DNA of 64,000 bases from Macrostomum lignano (lineage: Eukaryota). The stretch covers positions 380,134 to 444,133 of the forward strand of contig NIVC01000177.1 of NCBI GenBank assembly GCA_002269645.1, written 5' to 3'. Under the pieces are notes generated by a model, which did no database searches, was not told the DNA's origin, and saw nothing but the letters and a program-made list of their open reading frames with translations. The number at the start of each line of letters is the position of its first letter. Position 1 is the first letter of the stretch. The translations under genes and the position numbers were made by a program. Below are positions 19,711 through 33,264 of this stretch, in pieces.

Positions 19711-22700
19711 CCTTCAGGTACAGAGTCCAGTACCCCACACAGGTTGAGCACAGCACACTCCAGTCACAGCACCTTCAGGTACAGAGTCCAGTACCCCAGG
19801 TTAAACACAGCACACTCCAGTCACAGCACCTTCAGGTACAGAGTCCAGTACCCCAGGTTGAGCACAGCACACTCCAGTCACAGCACCTTCAGGTACAGAG
19901 TCCAGTACCCCAGGTTGAACACAGCACACTCCAGTCACAGCACCTTCAGGTACAGAGTCCAGTACCCCAGGTTGAACACAGCACACCAGTCACAGCACCT
20001 TCAGGTACAGAGTCCAGTAACCTAGGTTGAGCACAGCACACTTCAGTCACAGCACCTTCAGGTACAGGGTCCAGTACCCCAGGTTGAACACAGCAGCACA
20101 CTCCAGTCACAGCACCTTCAGGTACAGAGTCCAGTACCCCAGGTTGAGCACAGCACACTCCAGTCACAGCACCTTCAGGTACAGGGTCCAGTACCCCAGG
20201 TTGAACACAGCAGCACACTCCAGTCACAGCACCTTCAGGTACAGAGTCCAGTACCCCAGGTTGAACACAGCACACCAGTCACAGCACCTTCAGGTACAGA
20301 GTCCAGTACCCCAGGTTGAGCACAGCACACTTCAGTCACAGCACCTTCAGGTACAGGGTCCAGTACCCCAGGTTGAACACAGCAGCACACTCCAGTCACA
20401 GCACCTTCAGGTACAGAGTCCAGTACCCCAGGTTGAACACAGCACACCAGTCACAGCACCTTCAGGTACAGAGTCCAGTAACCTAGGTTGAGCACAGCAC
20501 ACTTCAGTCACAGCACCTTCAGGTACAGGGTCCAGTACCCCAGGTTGAGCACAGCACACTTCAGTCACAGCACCTTCAGGTACAGGGTCCAGTACCCTAG
20601 GTTGAGCACAGCGACAGCACACTTCAGTCACAGCACCTTCAGGTACAGAGTCCAGTATCCCAGGTTATACACAGCAGCACACTCCAGTCACAGCACCTTC
20701 AGGTACAGGGTCCAGTACCCCAGGTTGAGCACAGCACACTTCAGTCACAGCACCTTCAGGTACAGAGTCCAGTACCCCAGGTTGAGCACAGCACACTCCA
20801 GTCACAGCACCTTCAGGTACAGGGTCCAGTACCCCAGGTTGAACACAGCACACCAGTCACAGCAGCTTCAGGTACAGAGTCCAGTACCCCAGGTTGAACA
20901 CAGAACACTCCAGTCACAGCACCTTCAGGTACAGAGTCCAGTACCCCAGGTTGAGCACAGAACACTCCAGTCACAGCACCTTCAGGTACAGAGTCCAGTA
21001 TCCCAGGTTGAGCACAGCACACTCTAGTCACAGCACCTTCAGGTACAGAGTCCAGTATCCCAGGTTGAGCACAGCACACTCCAGTCACAGCACCTTCAGG
21101 TACAGAGTCCAGTATCCCAGGTTGAACACAGCACACTCCAGTCACAGCACCTTCAGGTACAGAGTCCAGTATCCCAGGTTGAACACAGCAGCACACTCCA
21201 GTCACAGCACCTTCAGGTACAGAGTCCAGTACCCCAGGTTGAGCACAGCACACTCCAGTCACAGCACCTTCAGGTACAGAGTCCAGTATCCCAGGTTGAA
21301 CACAGCAGCACACTCCAGTCACAGCACCTTCAGGTACAGAGTCCAGTACCCCAGGTTGAGCACAGCACACTTCAGTCACAGCACCTTCAGGTACAGAGTC
21401 CAGTACCCCAGGTTGAGCACAGCACACTTCAGTCACAGCATCTTCAGGTACAGAGTCCAGTATCCCAGGTTGAACACAGCAGCACACTCCAGTCACAGCA
21501 CCTTCAGGTACAGAGTCCAGTACCCCAGGTTGAACACAGCACACCAGTCACAGCACCTTCAGGTACAGAGTCCAGTAACCTAGGTTGAGCACAGCACACT
21601 TCAGTCACAGCACCTTCAGGTACAGGGTCCAGTACCCCAGGTTGAGCACAGCACACTTCAGTCACAGCACCTTCAGGTACAGGGTCCAGTACCCTAGGTT
21701 GAGCACAGCGACAGCACACTTCAGTCACAGCACCTTCAGGTACAGAGTCCAGTATCCCAGGTTGAACACAGCAGCACACTCCAGTCACAGCACCTTCAGG
21801 TACAGAGTCCAGTACCCCAGGTTGAGCACAGCACACTTCAGTCACAGCACCTTCAGGTACAGAGTCCAGTACCCCAGGTTGAGCACAGCACACTTCAGTC
21901 ACAGCATCTTCAGGTACAGAGTCCAGTATCCCAGGTTGAACACAGCAGCACACTCCAGTCACAGCACCTTCAGGTACAGAGTCCAGTACCCCAGGTTGAA
22001 CACAGCACACCAGTCACAGCACCTTCAGGTACAGAGTCCAGTAACCTAGGTTGAGCACAGCACACTTCAGTCACAGCACCTTCAGGTACAGGGTCCAGTA
22101 CCCCAGGTTGAGCACAGCACACTTCAGTCACAGCACCTTCAGGTACAGGGTCCAGTACCCTAGGTTGAGCACAGCGACAGCACACTTCAGTCACAGCACC
22201 TTCAGGTACAGAGTCCAGTACCCCAGGTTGAACACAGCACACCAGTCACAGCACCTTCAGGTACAGAGTCCAGTAACCTAGGTTGAGCACAGCACACTTC
22301 AGTCACAGCACCTTCAGGTACAGGGTCCAGTACCCCAGGTTGAGCACAGCACACTTCAGTCACAGCACCTTCAGGTACAGGGTCCAGTACCCCAGGTTGA
22401 ACACAGCACACCAGTCACAGCACCTTCAGGTACAGGGTCCAGTACCCCAGGTTGAGCACAGCACACCAGTCACAGCACCTTCAGGTACAGAGTCCAGTAC
22501 CCCAGGTTGAGCACAGCACACTCCAGTCACAGCACCTTCAGGTACAGGGTCCAGTACCCCAGGTTGAGCACAGCACACTTCAGTCACAGCACCTTCAGGT
22601 ACAGAGTCCAGTACCCCAGGTTGAGCACAGCACACTTCAGTCACAGCATCTTCAGGTACAGAGTCCAGTATCCCAGGTTGAACACAGCAGCACACTCCAG

Positions 22701-24762
22701 TCACAGCACCTTCAGGTACAGAGTCCAGTACCCCAGGTTGAGCACAGCACACTTCAGTCACAGCACCTTCAGGTACAGAGTCCAGTACCCCAGGTTGAGC
22801 ACAGCACACTTCAGTCACAGCATCTTCAGGTACAGAGTCCAGTATCCCAGGTTGAACACAGCAGCACACTCCAGTCACAGCACCTTCAGGTACAGAGTCC
22901 AGTACCCCAGGTTGAACACAGCACACCAGTCACAGCACCTTCAGGTACAGAGTCCAGTAACCTAGGTTGAGCACAGCACACTTCAGTCACAGCACCTTCA
23001 GGTACAGGGTCCAGTACCCCAGGTTGAGCACAGCACACTTCAGTCACAGCACCTTCAGGTACAGAGTCCAGTACCCTAGGTTGAGCACAGCGACAGCACA
23101 CTTCAGTCACAGCACCTTCAGGTACAGAGTCCAGTATCCCAGGTTAAACACAGCAGCACACTCCAGTCACAGCACCTTCAGGTACAGAGTCCAGTACCCC
23201 AGGTTGAACACAGCACACCAGTCACAGCACCTTCAGGTACAGAGTCCAGTAACCTAGGTTGAGCACAGCACACTTCAGTCACAGCACCTTCAGGTACAGG
23301 GTCCAGTACCCCAGGTTGAGCACAGCACACTTCAGTCACAGCACCTTCAGGTACAGGGTCCAGTACCCCAGGTTGAACACAGCACACCAGTCACAGCACC
23401 TTCAGGTACAGGGTCCAGTACCCCAGGTTGAGCACAGCACACCAGTCACAGCACCTTCAGGTACAGAGTCCAGTACCCCAGGTTGAGCACAGCACACTTC
23501 AGTCACAGCACCTTCAGGTACAGGGTCCAGTACCCCAGGTTGAGCACAGCACACTTCAGTCACAGCACCTTCAGGTACAGAGTCCAGTACCCCAGGTTGA
23601 GCACAGCACACTTCAGTCACAGCATCTTCAGGTACAGAGTCCAGTATCCCAGGTTGAACACAGCAGCACACTCCAGTCACAGCACCTTCAGGTACAGAGT
23701 CCAGTACCCCAGGTTGAGCACAGCACACTTCAGTCACAGCACCTTCAGGTACAGAGTCCAGTACCCCAGGTTGAGCACAGCACACTTCAGTCACAGCATC
23801 TTCAGGTACAGAGTCCAGTATCCCAGGTTGAACACAGCAGCACACTCCAGTCACAGCACCTTCAGGTACAGAGTCCAGTACCCCAGGTTGAACACAGCAC
23901 ACCAGTCACAGCACCTTCAGGTACAGAGTCCAGTAACCTAGGTTGAGCACAGCACACTTCAGTCACAGCACCTTCAGGTACAGGGTCCAGTACCCCAGGT
24001 TGAGCACAGCACACTTCAGTCACAGCACCTTCAGGTACAGGGTCCAGTACCCTAGGTTGAGCACAGCGACAGCACACTTCAGTCACAGCACCTTCAGGTA
24101 CAGAGTCCAGTATCCCAGGTTGAACACAGCAGCACACTCCAGTCATGCACAGCACCTTCAGGTACAGAGTCCAGTACCCCAGGTTGAACACAGCACACCA
24201 GTCACAGCACCTTCAGGTACAGAGTCCAGTAACCTAGGTTGAGCACAGCACACTTCAGTCACAGCACCTTCAGGTACAGGGTCCAGTACCCCAGGTTGAG
24301 CACAGCACACTTCAGTCACAGCACCTTCAGGTACAGAGTCCAGTATCCCAGGTTGAGCACAGCACACTCCAGTCACAGCACCTTCAGGTACAGAGTCCAG
24401 TACCCCAGGTTGAGCACAGCACACTTCAGTCACAGCACCTTCAGGTACAGAGTCCAGTACCCTAGGTTGAGCACAGCGACAGCACACTTCAGTCACAGCA
24501 CCTTCAGGTACAGAGTCCAGTATCCCAGGTTGAACACAGCAGCACACTCCAGTCACAGCACCTTCAGGTACAGAGTCCAGTACCCCAGGTTGAACACAGC
24601 ACACCAGTCACAGCACCTTCAGGTACAGAGTCCAGTAACCTAGGTTGAGCACAGCACACTTCAGTCACAGCACCTTCAGGTACAGGGTCCAGTACCCCAG
24701 GTTGAGCACAGCACACTTCAGTCACAGCACCTTCAGGTACAGAGTCCAGTACCCCAGGTTAA
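19711..24762 (-). repeat. ~5-kb satellite of the same 55-63-bp exon-end unit (roughly 85-90 units), continuous with the stop codon of channel copy 2
   Basis: The plus strand reads cagtcacagcaccttcaggtacagagtccagtaccccaggttgagcacagcacact repeatedly. Identical ORF-track entries offset by 976 nt show higher-order duplication. Confidence 0.95.
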
Positions 24763-27700
24763 ACAGGGCAAACAGCGCTGGAAAAAGAATCTTGGAGATC
24801 TCATCTATCCTGCTAACCGAGTTGACAGTCTTTGTCGAGCGCATCAGCTTGAGCTCTTTGTACTTTGAGCTGCCCTTGATGCAGTTGAGAAAGGCGTACG
24901 GACAGCTGTCGTGACTTGGCGGCCTGTCAGCGACCTGAGCAGCAGCTCGGAGGTCGGGCAGCTGAGGAGGCTGCGGCCGCTGCATCCGTGGCGTCGCCTG
25001 TCCGTAGCGAAGGCCGCCGTTCTCAGGAGCGCCGTCGGTCTCCAGGGTGACGTGAGTCTCTCCGCTGCCGTGCTTGGTGAAGTAGTGCACAGAGGCGAAC
25101 TCAATGATGGTGGCGAGGATCTGAGCGAAGCACATGCCGACGTACCAGTCCAGAGCGGTCCCGTAGCTGACCCTGGGCAGGTCCTGCCGGTTGTCCATGC
25201 CGAGGAAGGTCATCGTGAGCACTGTAGTGATGCTCAATGCTATTCGATCAGATGTAGCTTCCCGATTGATCCAGAATCCGACCCAGCTGAGAACTACGAG
25301 CAGACTGCAGGGCAGGTACAGCTGCAAGGTCAGCGATTCAGCGTTTGTTTCGAATTCTTTTGCGAAGTTTCTTTTTGAGACCATTTAACCATGGCCTAGT
25401 TTGGTTAACCCAGAGGTTGGCAAACTTCGACCCTCAGGCCACATGCGGCCCCTCTTTATCCGGCCCTCGGGTTTGTGAACAATATCATAATAATAACAAT
25501 CCGGCTGGCGCACAAGGTTTATATCTCTTCTCAGATCTCTTTTTCTCCTCTCCCCTCTCCTCTCTTCCCTTTCTTTCCTCATCCTTGCAGCCATGACAGC
25601 CGAAGTAAGAGTCACCTTCGCATGCATGCTTAATGAGCTTGAATTAAACAATTATAAATATGGCGACGTATGCAAGTTAAGATGGATCCGTCAGCTTCTA
25701 CTGCTGAAGTAGCACCTAGGGCACTAGAATTTCGTCCAGGCCATTTTCATGTATAGCGTTATTTAGTGGTGACTCCATCAGCACAGATTTAATGAGCTTC
25801 CGTCCGATGACAGTCCCCCCCCAAGGACTATTTCGCTTAATTCACTTCATCGGCCTGCAGCTCTCGAGGCAGCTGGAAAAGAAGAGGGATTCGGTGCTAA
25901 TCTGGGTCGCTGACAGGAAAGATTTCTCCTGCTGCATGCTGGACGCCATGTGGCTCTCATTTCATTTCAACAGGAGAATGAAGCAGGGATCTAGGAGTCT
26001 GAATTTTAACTAGATGGAATAAAATTCACTGGATTAAGCTGTCTCGCCGCGCGCGTGCAGTTTGTCGGTTTTCCAATCCAAAACTGGCAACGAAATGAGA
26101 TTCCAAGAAACGAGATTTACCCGGTAATATTCAAGTGGACGATAGTAGAGTTTGGGAGCGCCTATTCCAATATTCCTGATAAATTTCGCGCAAGTTGTAT
26201 CTCGGCTCACGGCCACTTTAGCGATCCAATGCATCGTCAAACTCTGCAGGCTTTGGGAACCTTTAGCTTGCCGAAAGCACCGCTGAGTACATGAGTTTTA
26301 TGTGCGTTTTGTTCGTTGCACCTTGAGTCTGAGCTGTCACCAGACTTCCACTCATTTTCATCAACTACTCACCTGCAGTAGAAAATACCCCATGTGCCGT
26401 TCAAACTCGAAGTGACACATCAACGCCGAGAAGGAGCCTCGTCTGCCCATTCGAAGCGTGTCACGGCTGATGGGAATTCCTGTTGGCCCGGTTGATAAGC
26501 GGAACTTGTGACAAACCATCATCGCTAACTGCTCTGATTAACTGGGAGACAGAATTCTGATTCGCAACTCAAGCAGAGAAGCCACACCATCAACTCAAAC
26601 CCACGGAAGCAACTCAAGCAGAGAAGCCACACCATCAACTCAAAGACACGGAAGCAACTCCAGCAGAGAAGCCACACCATCAACTCAAAGACACGGAAGC
26701 AACTCAAGCAGAGAAGCCACACCATCAACTCAAAGACACGGAAGCAACTCCAGCAGAGAAGCCACACCATCAACTCAAAGACACGGAAGCAACTCAAGCA
26801 GAGAAGCCACACCATCAACTCAAAGACACGGAAGCAACTCAAGCAGAGAAGCCACACCATCAACTCAAAGACACGGAAGCATCTCCAGCAGAGAAGCCAC
26901 ACCATCAACTCAAAGACACGGAAGCAACTCAAGCAGAGAAGCCACACCATCAACTCAAAGACACGGAAGCAACTCAAGCAGAGAAGCCACACCATCAACT
27001 CAAAGACACGGAAGCAACTCAAGCAGAGAAAGAGAAGCCACACCATCAACTCAAAGACACGGAAGCAACTCAAGCAGAGAAGCCACACCATCAACTCAAA
27101 GACACGGAAGCAACTCAAGCAGAGAAAGAGAAGCCACACCATCAACTCAAAGACACGGAAGCAACTCAAGCAGAGAAGCCACACCATCAACTCAAAGACA
27201 CGGAAGCAACTCAAGCAGAGAAGCCACACCATCAACTCAAAGACACGGAAGCAACTCAAGCAGAGAAGCCACACCATCAACTCAAACACACGGAAGCATC
27301 TCCAGCAAAAAAGCCACACCATCAACTCAAAGACACGGAAGCAACTCAAGCAGAGAAGCCACACCATCAACTCAAAGACACGGAAGCAACTCAAGCAGAG
27401 AAGCCACACCATCAACTCAAAGACACGGAAGCAACTCAAGCAGAGAAGCCACACCATCAACTCAAAGACACGGAAGCAACTCAAGCAGAGAAGCCACACC
27501 ATCAACTCAAAGACACGGAAGCAACTCAAGCAGAGAAGCCACACCATCAACTCAAAGACACGGAAGCAACTCAAGCAGAGAAGCCACACCATCAACTCAA
27601 AGACACGGAAGCAACTCAAGCAGAGAAGCCACACCATCAACTCAAAGACACGGAAGCAACTCAAGCAGAGAAGCCACACCATCAACTCAAAGACACTGAA

Positions 27701-28796
27701 GCAACTCAAGCAGAGAAGCCACACCATCAACTCAAAGACACGGAAGCAACTCAAGCAGAGAAGCCACACCATCAACTCAAAGACACGGAAGCAACTCAAG
27801 CAGAGAAGCCACACCATCAACTCAAAGACACGGAAGCAACTCAAGCAGCGAAGCCACACCATCAACTCAAAGACACGGAAGCAACTCAAGCAGAGAAGCC
27901 ACACCATCAACTCAAAGACACTGAAGCAACTCAAGCAGAGAAGCCACACCATCAACTCAAAGACACGGAAGCAACTCAAGCAGAGAAGCCACACCATCAA
28001 CTCAAAGACACGGAAGCAACTCAAGCAGAGAAGCCACCCAATAACCCCATCGACTCCGACTGTCTCGAAAGGACTCAAAACAAACTTTGTCACAAAGACC
28101 CAAGCACAGTACAGCTGACTCACTGCGCAAGTCGAACTGGGACAGCAGCAGGTCTTTGTTCAGCTGAATCGACTCATCGCCTTTACTCCACTCGTACACC
28201 ACATCTGCCTCTGTGTAGCCGTGACTGCTTACCACCAACGGACACACCTGGGTGTCCATGGGGAACTTGAGCAGATTCATGGGACAATTGGCCTTGATGG
28301 TGAGTCTCATTGAGTAGAGAATGTGCCCGGTGCTGTTAATCCTGAAGAGTACATTCGGAGACGTGATGTTGTGCAAGTACGAGCCCATGCCGTTCACAAA
28401 GTACGTGTCCGGCTTCCAGATGTCTCTGAGCATTTTCTCGTTCAGCTGCAGGTGCGAAAAGTTGTGATGAGTTGGAAAGGTGAGCCTGGCGTCCATCCAC
28501 TCCTGCCTGAAGTAGCAGTCGAATGAGAATATCATGGACTTCTCAGAGATGGGACCGACGCTCCTGTTGTTCATGTTGATGCGCACAGTAACCGGCTGCG
28601 CGTCAAAGTCGGGCCTGAGGTTCTTGTCGTAGTTGTCCAGCAGTCTGTTGAGCGTTTCGGTGATGTTCTTGGTCATCTCGGTGTGGTTGACTCCGGCTGT
28701 GTACAGCATGGCTGAGCAAGGGCTGCCGATCGGGAGGGCGAGAATGATGGCGAGGCACACGAGAGGATGCTGTAGACTGCCTGAGTTAAACAGCAT
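24722..28796 (-). CDS. Cys-loop ligand-gated ion channel subunit, GABA-A/GRD-like, copy 2 (inverted paralogue, 459 aa). Exons 28796-28124, 26479-26373, 25321-24722
   Basis: Same exon sizes as copy 1 (673/107/600 nt) and same intron phases. Exon 2 reads RIPISRDTLRMGRRGSFSALMCHFEFERHMGYFLLQ; M2 reads SDRIALSITTVLTMTF. Confidence 0.93.
25411..25470 (+). mobile_element. Fragment resembling a hAT/Charlie-type DNA transposon or MITE terminus
   Basis: cagaggttggcaaacttcgaccctcaggccacatgcggccc resembles the CAGGGGTxGGCAAAC...GGCC..CGGCCC termini. The partner end was not found. Confidence 0.4.
26567..28040 (-). repeat. Same 45-bp minisatellite in intron 1 of channel copy 2 (inverted)
   Basis: Plus-strand unit gcagagaagccacaccatcaactcaaagacacggaagcaactcaa; source of ORF 26525-28123. 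Confidence 0.95.
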
Positions 28797-31113
28797 TGTA
28801 CCAATTCTGTTAATGAGAGCGTATTTTCAACTTCTGTTCGTGAGTGCCAGCTTTTGCGGTCTATTGGAACAGCACCCAATTTATAGCGGCGCGCTGTCCT
28901 TCCCTCATTGGCCAATGGCTGCAAGCACTTTGCTGGTCTAAACACTGTTTTCTGAGTTTCTTTGCCAGCCAGCTAGTCTTACAAATGTTATTTATGCGAG
29001 AAACTATACTGGGATCAAAATTTCCCACTTTTTTGTAGAATAATGCAGTACTAAGAAACGCAATAATTTTACTACGATTGTGAGCGCCGATTAAACCGAA
29101 AACATCGAGAGCCTGTTCTCGTTCTTCATCAAAATGTCATGGACTTCTGGATCAGCTTTAGCGGGAACGAGGGATGGAATTGGATCCACGGTACCCGTTT
29201 GCGGATAAAATCTAATAAAAGCAGGATTAAAAATCTGGAATTAATTTACGCGTTCCGAGAAAGTGCGCACTTTGTTTACACAGTAGTTAAGGTAAATTTA
29301 TGTACTTTTTTCGTCTTTATAGAAAATCGCTGCTTGCTTTTTCCATGGGTGGGTGAGATTTTGCCAGCTTTGGTTCATTGTCTCTATACGCGTCATTATT
29401 ACATGTAGTGAGATTTCAATCAGTGAATACACGTAGATGCACGCCACGTGAATTTCGAGTAGCTACTCAATTCCAATCGGCATTGGTTTTTATTCCCTAC
29501 TATAGTTATATAGATGTGCTTCATTAAGTGGAAACTTGGGGGCTCTTTCAGTTACGAAGCTTGATTTACAAACAACTACGAACAAATGCGAATGGCCATT
29601 ATCTTTGTTCAAAAAATTCACGTCGCGCCTGGGCCTCGGGATCAAGAAAAAACTAGCTGTTATATACGTATGGAAATAAAGTGTATAGATCTTTCTTTAC
29701 ATACTTAGAAGTAATTTATGAATGCGACTGCATTGTTTGCGGGTGCCAAAGCTGCAGGGGAACTCGGTAGCTACCGTAATCGATTTGTCTTTTATTTACG
29801 ATGCTTGTAAATATGTATTGTACACTGTATATATATATATATATATATCATATACATACGTATATACATTTACATATATATACATATATGTAAATGTATA
29901 TATTACATACATATGTATGTATGCATGTATACATACATGTATATGTATACATATGTATATACATACAGGGGGTTGTATATATATCATGTAGTTTCCATAT
30001 GCGTGTAGCTATTAAGTACTACTCAAGTGGAGGGACGGGAAACTACGTTTCTTGGAAAATTTTAGGGGGCACCGAAAGCTTTGTGAAAATCAATATACTG
30101 CATGTAGAGCTATATTTAAAAGATATATAAGCCGTATCAAAAGATGAGCATTTGGATCCTTGCTTTTCTATCAAAAGCAAGAACAACTTTTGTGCTGAAA
30201 AACTGAAAACCTCTAGCTATGTATTTTATTCTTTGTGTACTATGTATTTTATTCTTTGTGTACTATGTATTTTATTTTATTCGTAATGTATTTTTTGGTA
30301 GAACCCTGCTTCCTAAAATTTTCCAAGAAACGTAGTTTCCGACTTACTTGATCGTACGTTCTTGGTATTATTGCATGTTAATTTAATGTCCTGTAGTATA
30401 TACTTAGATCGTAACATGTTTATAATACTTGTTAAAAATTTGTGCTTTAATTATCATCACTATGATAATGCATGTGCTTCCTCATATATAAGGGGTGAGG
30501 ATAAAAATTCTCAATGCTACAAAGAATATACTGAGGTAAATATATAACGTCACTTAAGTAGTCTGTTAATCCGCCGAGCTTAATATTTAGTAACATCCAT
30601 GTAGAAACAAATTTTGTAGGAGTAATTGCATCCAAAAAACATAATATAAAATGTTTAGATACCCTTATATAGACAGCGAACTCAGGCTACAGAAGAACAA
30701 CAATTTGTTTCTATACAAAAAGATGGGGGTAATGGTTCGCCCCACTTTGGGTCTTCAGGGTTCTTTTCCATCTTTTTGCTGAGTTTATAATGCAAAACAA
30801 GTAATAACAAGAAATTATCGCCAATAAAACTCGCCTTGGAAGCTTTTTGCTAGAGTTTAGTTATACCACGTGGAAAAGAGCCACGGTAATAATTTGAAAT
30901 TAGGCGTTTTCAGAGAAAGACAGAAAATCGAAAACAGATCGATATCTTTTCATAGAAGGAAAACACTGTATAAATGCTTTTGAATTAACGAGACTTGTTG
31001 TTGTTCCTCTAAAATCTTTTGGCAGTTTGGAAGTTCGCGAGTTTTACTCCACAGAAATGTGACGTTCGCACTTTTGGCCTAGGCCAAGATACTTTCAGTT
31101 TTCTATCTTTAAG

Positions 31114-31237
31114 ATGTCGAATATTTTGAATTTGCTAAACCAAAGAACAATTGCTTTGGCTAGCTTAGGGGCATGCGCTACAATTGCAGCTTACTGCATA
31201 TACTCGAGAAAGTCTTGGTCTATAAGCAGAATTCAAG
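31114..31237 (+). CDS. Possible orphan first exon encoding an N-terminal hydrophobic anchor (MSNILNLLNQRTIALASLGACATIAAYCIYSRKSWSISRIQ)
   Basis: Pyrimidine-rich acceptor (ttttctatctttaag) directly before the ATG, and donor caag|gtacgt. The downstream partner exon is not established. Confidence 0.3.
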
Positions 31238-31996
31238 GTACGTAATAATTCATTAAGGCGTGCTTGAAAGATTGACTATATTGAAATATTAGCTATTGTT
31301 TTAAATAGAGTATTTCCTATGTTTTGCTTTCTATCTAAATAGTCTTCTGGTTTTATATAGCTAATTTATAACTTTAAGCAGTTCCATTTAAATAAGAATC
31401 AAGTCAACTACAATGTTCATCGGCTTATTTTGCATTCAGTTCAATAGAGAGATATGGAACTTTATCAAATCCTATTTAATACTAGAATCAAAAGAGTAAA
31501 TAATATTTTAAACGTTTTAGTTTTTTGGAATTTAATTTGAGTAAAACTTAAAATAAAGCACAAAATACCAGAGCCCAAAACTTGCATTTTAGTTAATTTA
31601 TATACTTTTAAGAAACATAATATATGTTTAAGGAATTTAGTCATCCATAGGGTCTATTGTTAATTTTTTAATTAAAGCACAGTGGCACTGCAGTTATATT
31701 ATATTATTATGTATATACGAGTATTAAAAACTAACTGATTATAAATGAAATAATTATATAAAGGAAATATTTATTTTATAAATAATAATTTAATATCGAA
31801 GTAAGTATAACTTTCAAACAAAATATGAAAGACTCCATCATTCATAAATTTCTTAAAGTTGATTTTGCTGCTATCAATGTATAAGACAGGCAATTTATAT
31901 TCTCATGGTTCCTTTGCCATTATATAAATCCAATGGCACAGCAGAAAGAATATACCTTTTGAATAAATATTTAAATTCATTTATACTGTCAGAGTC

Positions 31997-32500
31997 TTGA
32001 AGAAGTTAAGCAATGTCATTCGTGGTTCAGTGATGTGTGAAGACGTGAAGCACCAGGGATTGGCTTTAGCATCAGGTTCTTTAGCACCAGGGGCGCCAGC
32101 ACCAGGGGCGCCAGCACCAGGGGCGCCAGCACCAGGGGCGCCAGCACCAGGGGCGCCAGCACCAGGGGCTTTAGAACCAGGGGCGCCAGAACCAGTGTCT
32201 TTAGAACCAGTGTCTTTAGAACCAGGTTCTTTAGAACCAGGGGCTTTAGAACCAGTGTCTTTAGAACGAGAGGCTTTCGAACCAGGGGCTTTAGAACCAG
32301 TGTCTTTAGAACCAGGGGCTTTAGAACCAGTGTCTTTAGAACCAGGTTCTTTAGAACCAGGGGCTTTAGAACCAGTGTCTTTAGAACCAGAACCTTTAGA
32401 ACCTTTAGAAGGCTTTAGAACGCGGATGCGTACGCAGTCATACGCACAGGCACACACTCACACAGGAGTGTACAGCGGCCTTAACTTTATTTATCGTTAG
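31997..32500 (+). repeat. 15-bp tandem repeat inside an open frame (GAPAP/GALEP/VSLEP/GSLEP pentapeptides); possibly coding
   Basis: Units accaggggcgccagc, accaggggctttaga, accagtgtctttaga at about 32070-32420, with no frame-breaking indels seen. Frames are open on both strands. Confidence 0.5.
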
Positions 32501-32639
32501 GCATGTACACATCTTCACTTGGCCCTCAATGGCGTTAACTGCACCGTTAACTGCAATCTCAGAGCCAAGCTGAGATTCAAATTTAGCCCTAAATTATGTG
32601 ACTGCGTTTGGAATCGAGCCTGGGCCGCTGGCACAGAGC
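32421..32639 (-). mobile_element. 5'-truncated copy of a tRNA-derived SINE-like repeat
   Basis: Collinear with 35218-35430 (gcacacactcacacaggagtgtacagcggcc...ggaatcgagcctggg). Confidence 0.6.
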
Positions 32640-33264
32640 CGTATACAGAGGGCTACTTACAGAGAATATGCCTTACAAATTTATTCGAAATTATGTTTTG
32701 GAAATGGCGAGGCCTGAGACCCTTCAGACTAATGAAATCTTCCATCTTATAGCAAAGACCCGCGTCAGTCGGCTTCACTGACTCGTCTAATAAGGACAGG
32801 AGCCGGGAAAATCATTTTCTTTTTTGTGTCTCCAACGGCTCCTTCTGCTGATCCGCGCCTTTGTGTGTGCAGGCATTGAGAGATTCTCTTTGCCTGATTG
32901 TTTCCTGTCAACAGCGAGACTGACCGGCAATAATAATTCTATCTTCACTACTCAGGAAATGAGAAACCCGAAAGGCAGAAGAATCTCTTTGAATAGGGGC
33001 AGGCTGATATGATCAATAAATAGATATTCGAAACGTGATACAGCTAATGAGAATTTAGTTTTATTTGCAATATACCATTCATACTACTTTACACGTAAGT
33101 AGTTATAAGTAGATATTGTATTAATTTGCGTGGTAAAGTTACGAGCACTTTATGTTGTATAGTTCAGGAATGATTTCGATGCTTTATATCGGCATGAATA
33201 TTCGGAATTCACTGACAACAAATTTTTAAGTTTATAGAAGGATAGCGCATTTTGCAGACACCAC

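Noticed and set aside
19686-24650. Dozens of HSTFRYRVQYPRL / QPGVLDSVPEGAVT ORFs
   Set aside because: Alternative frames of the 57-bp exon-end satellite.
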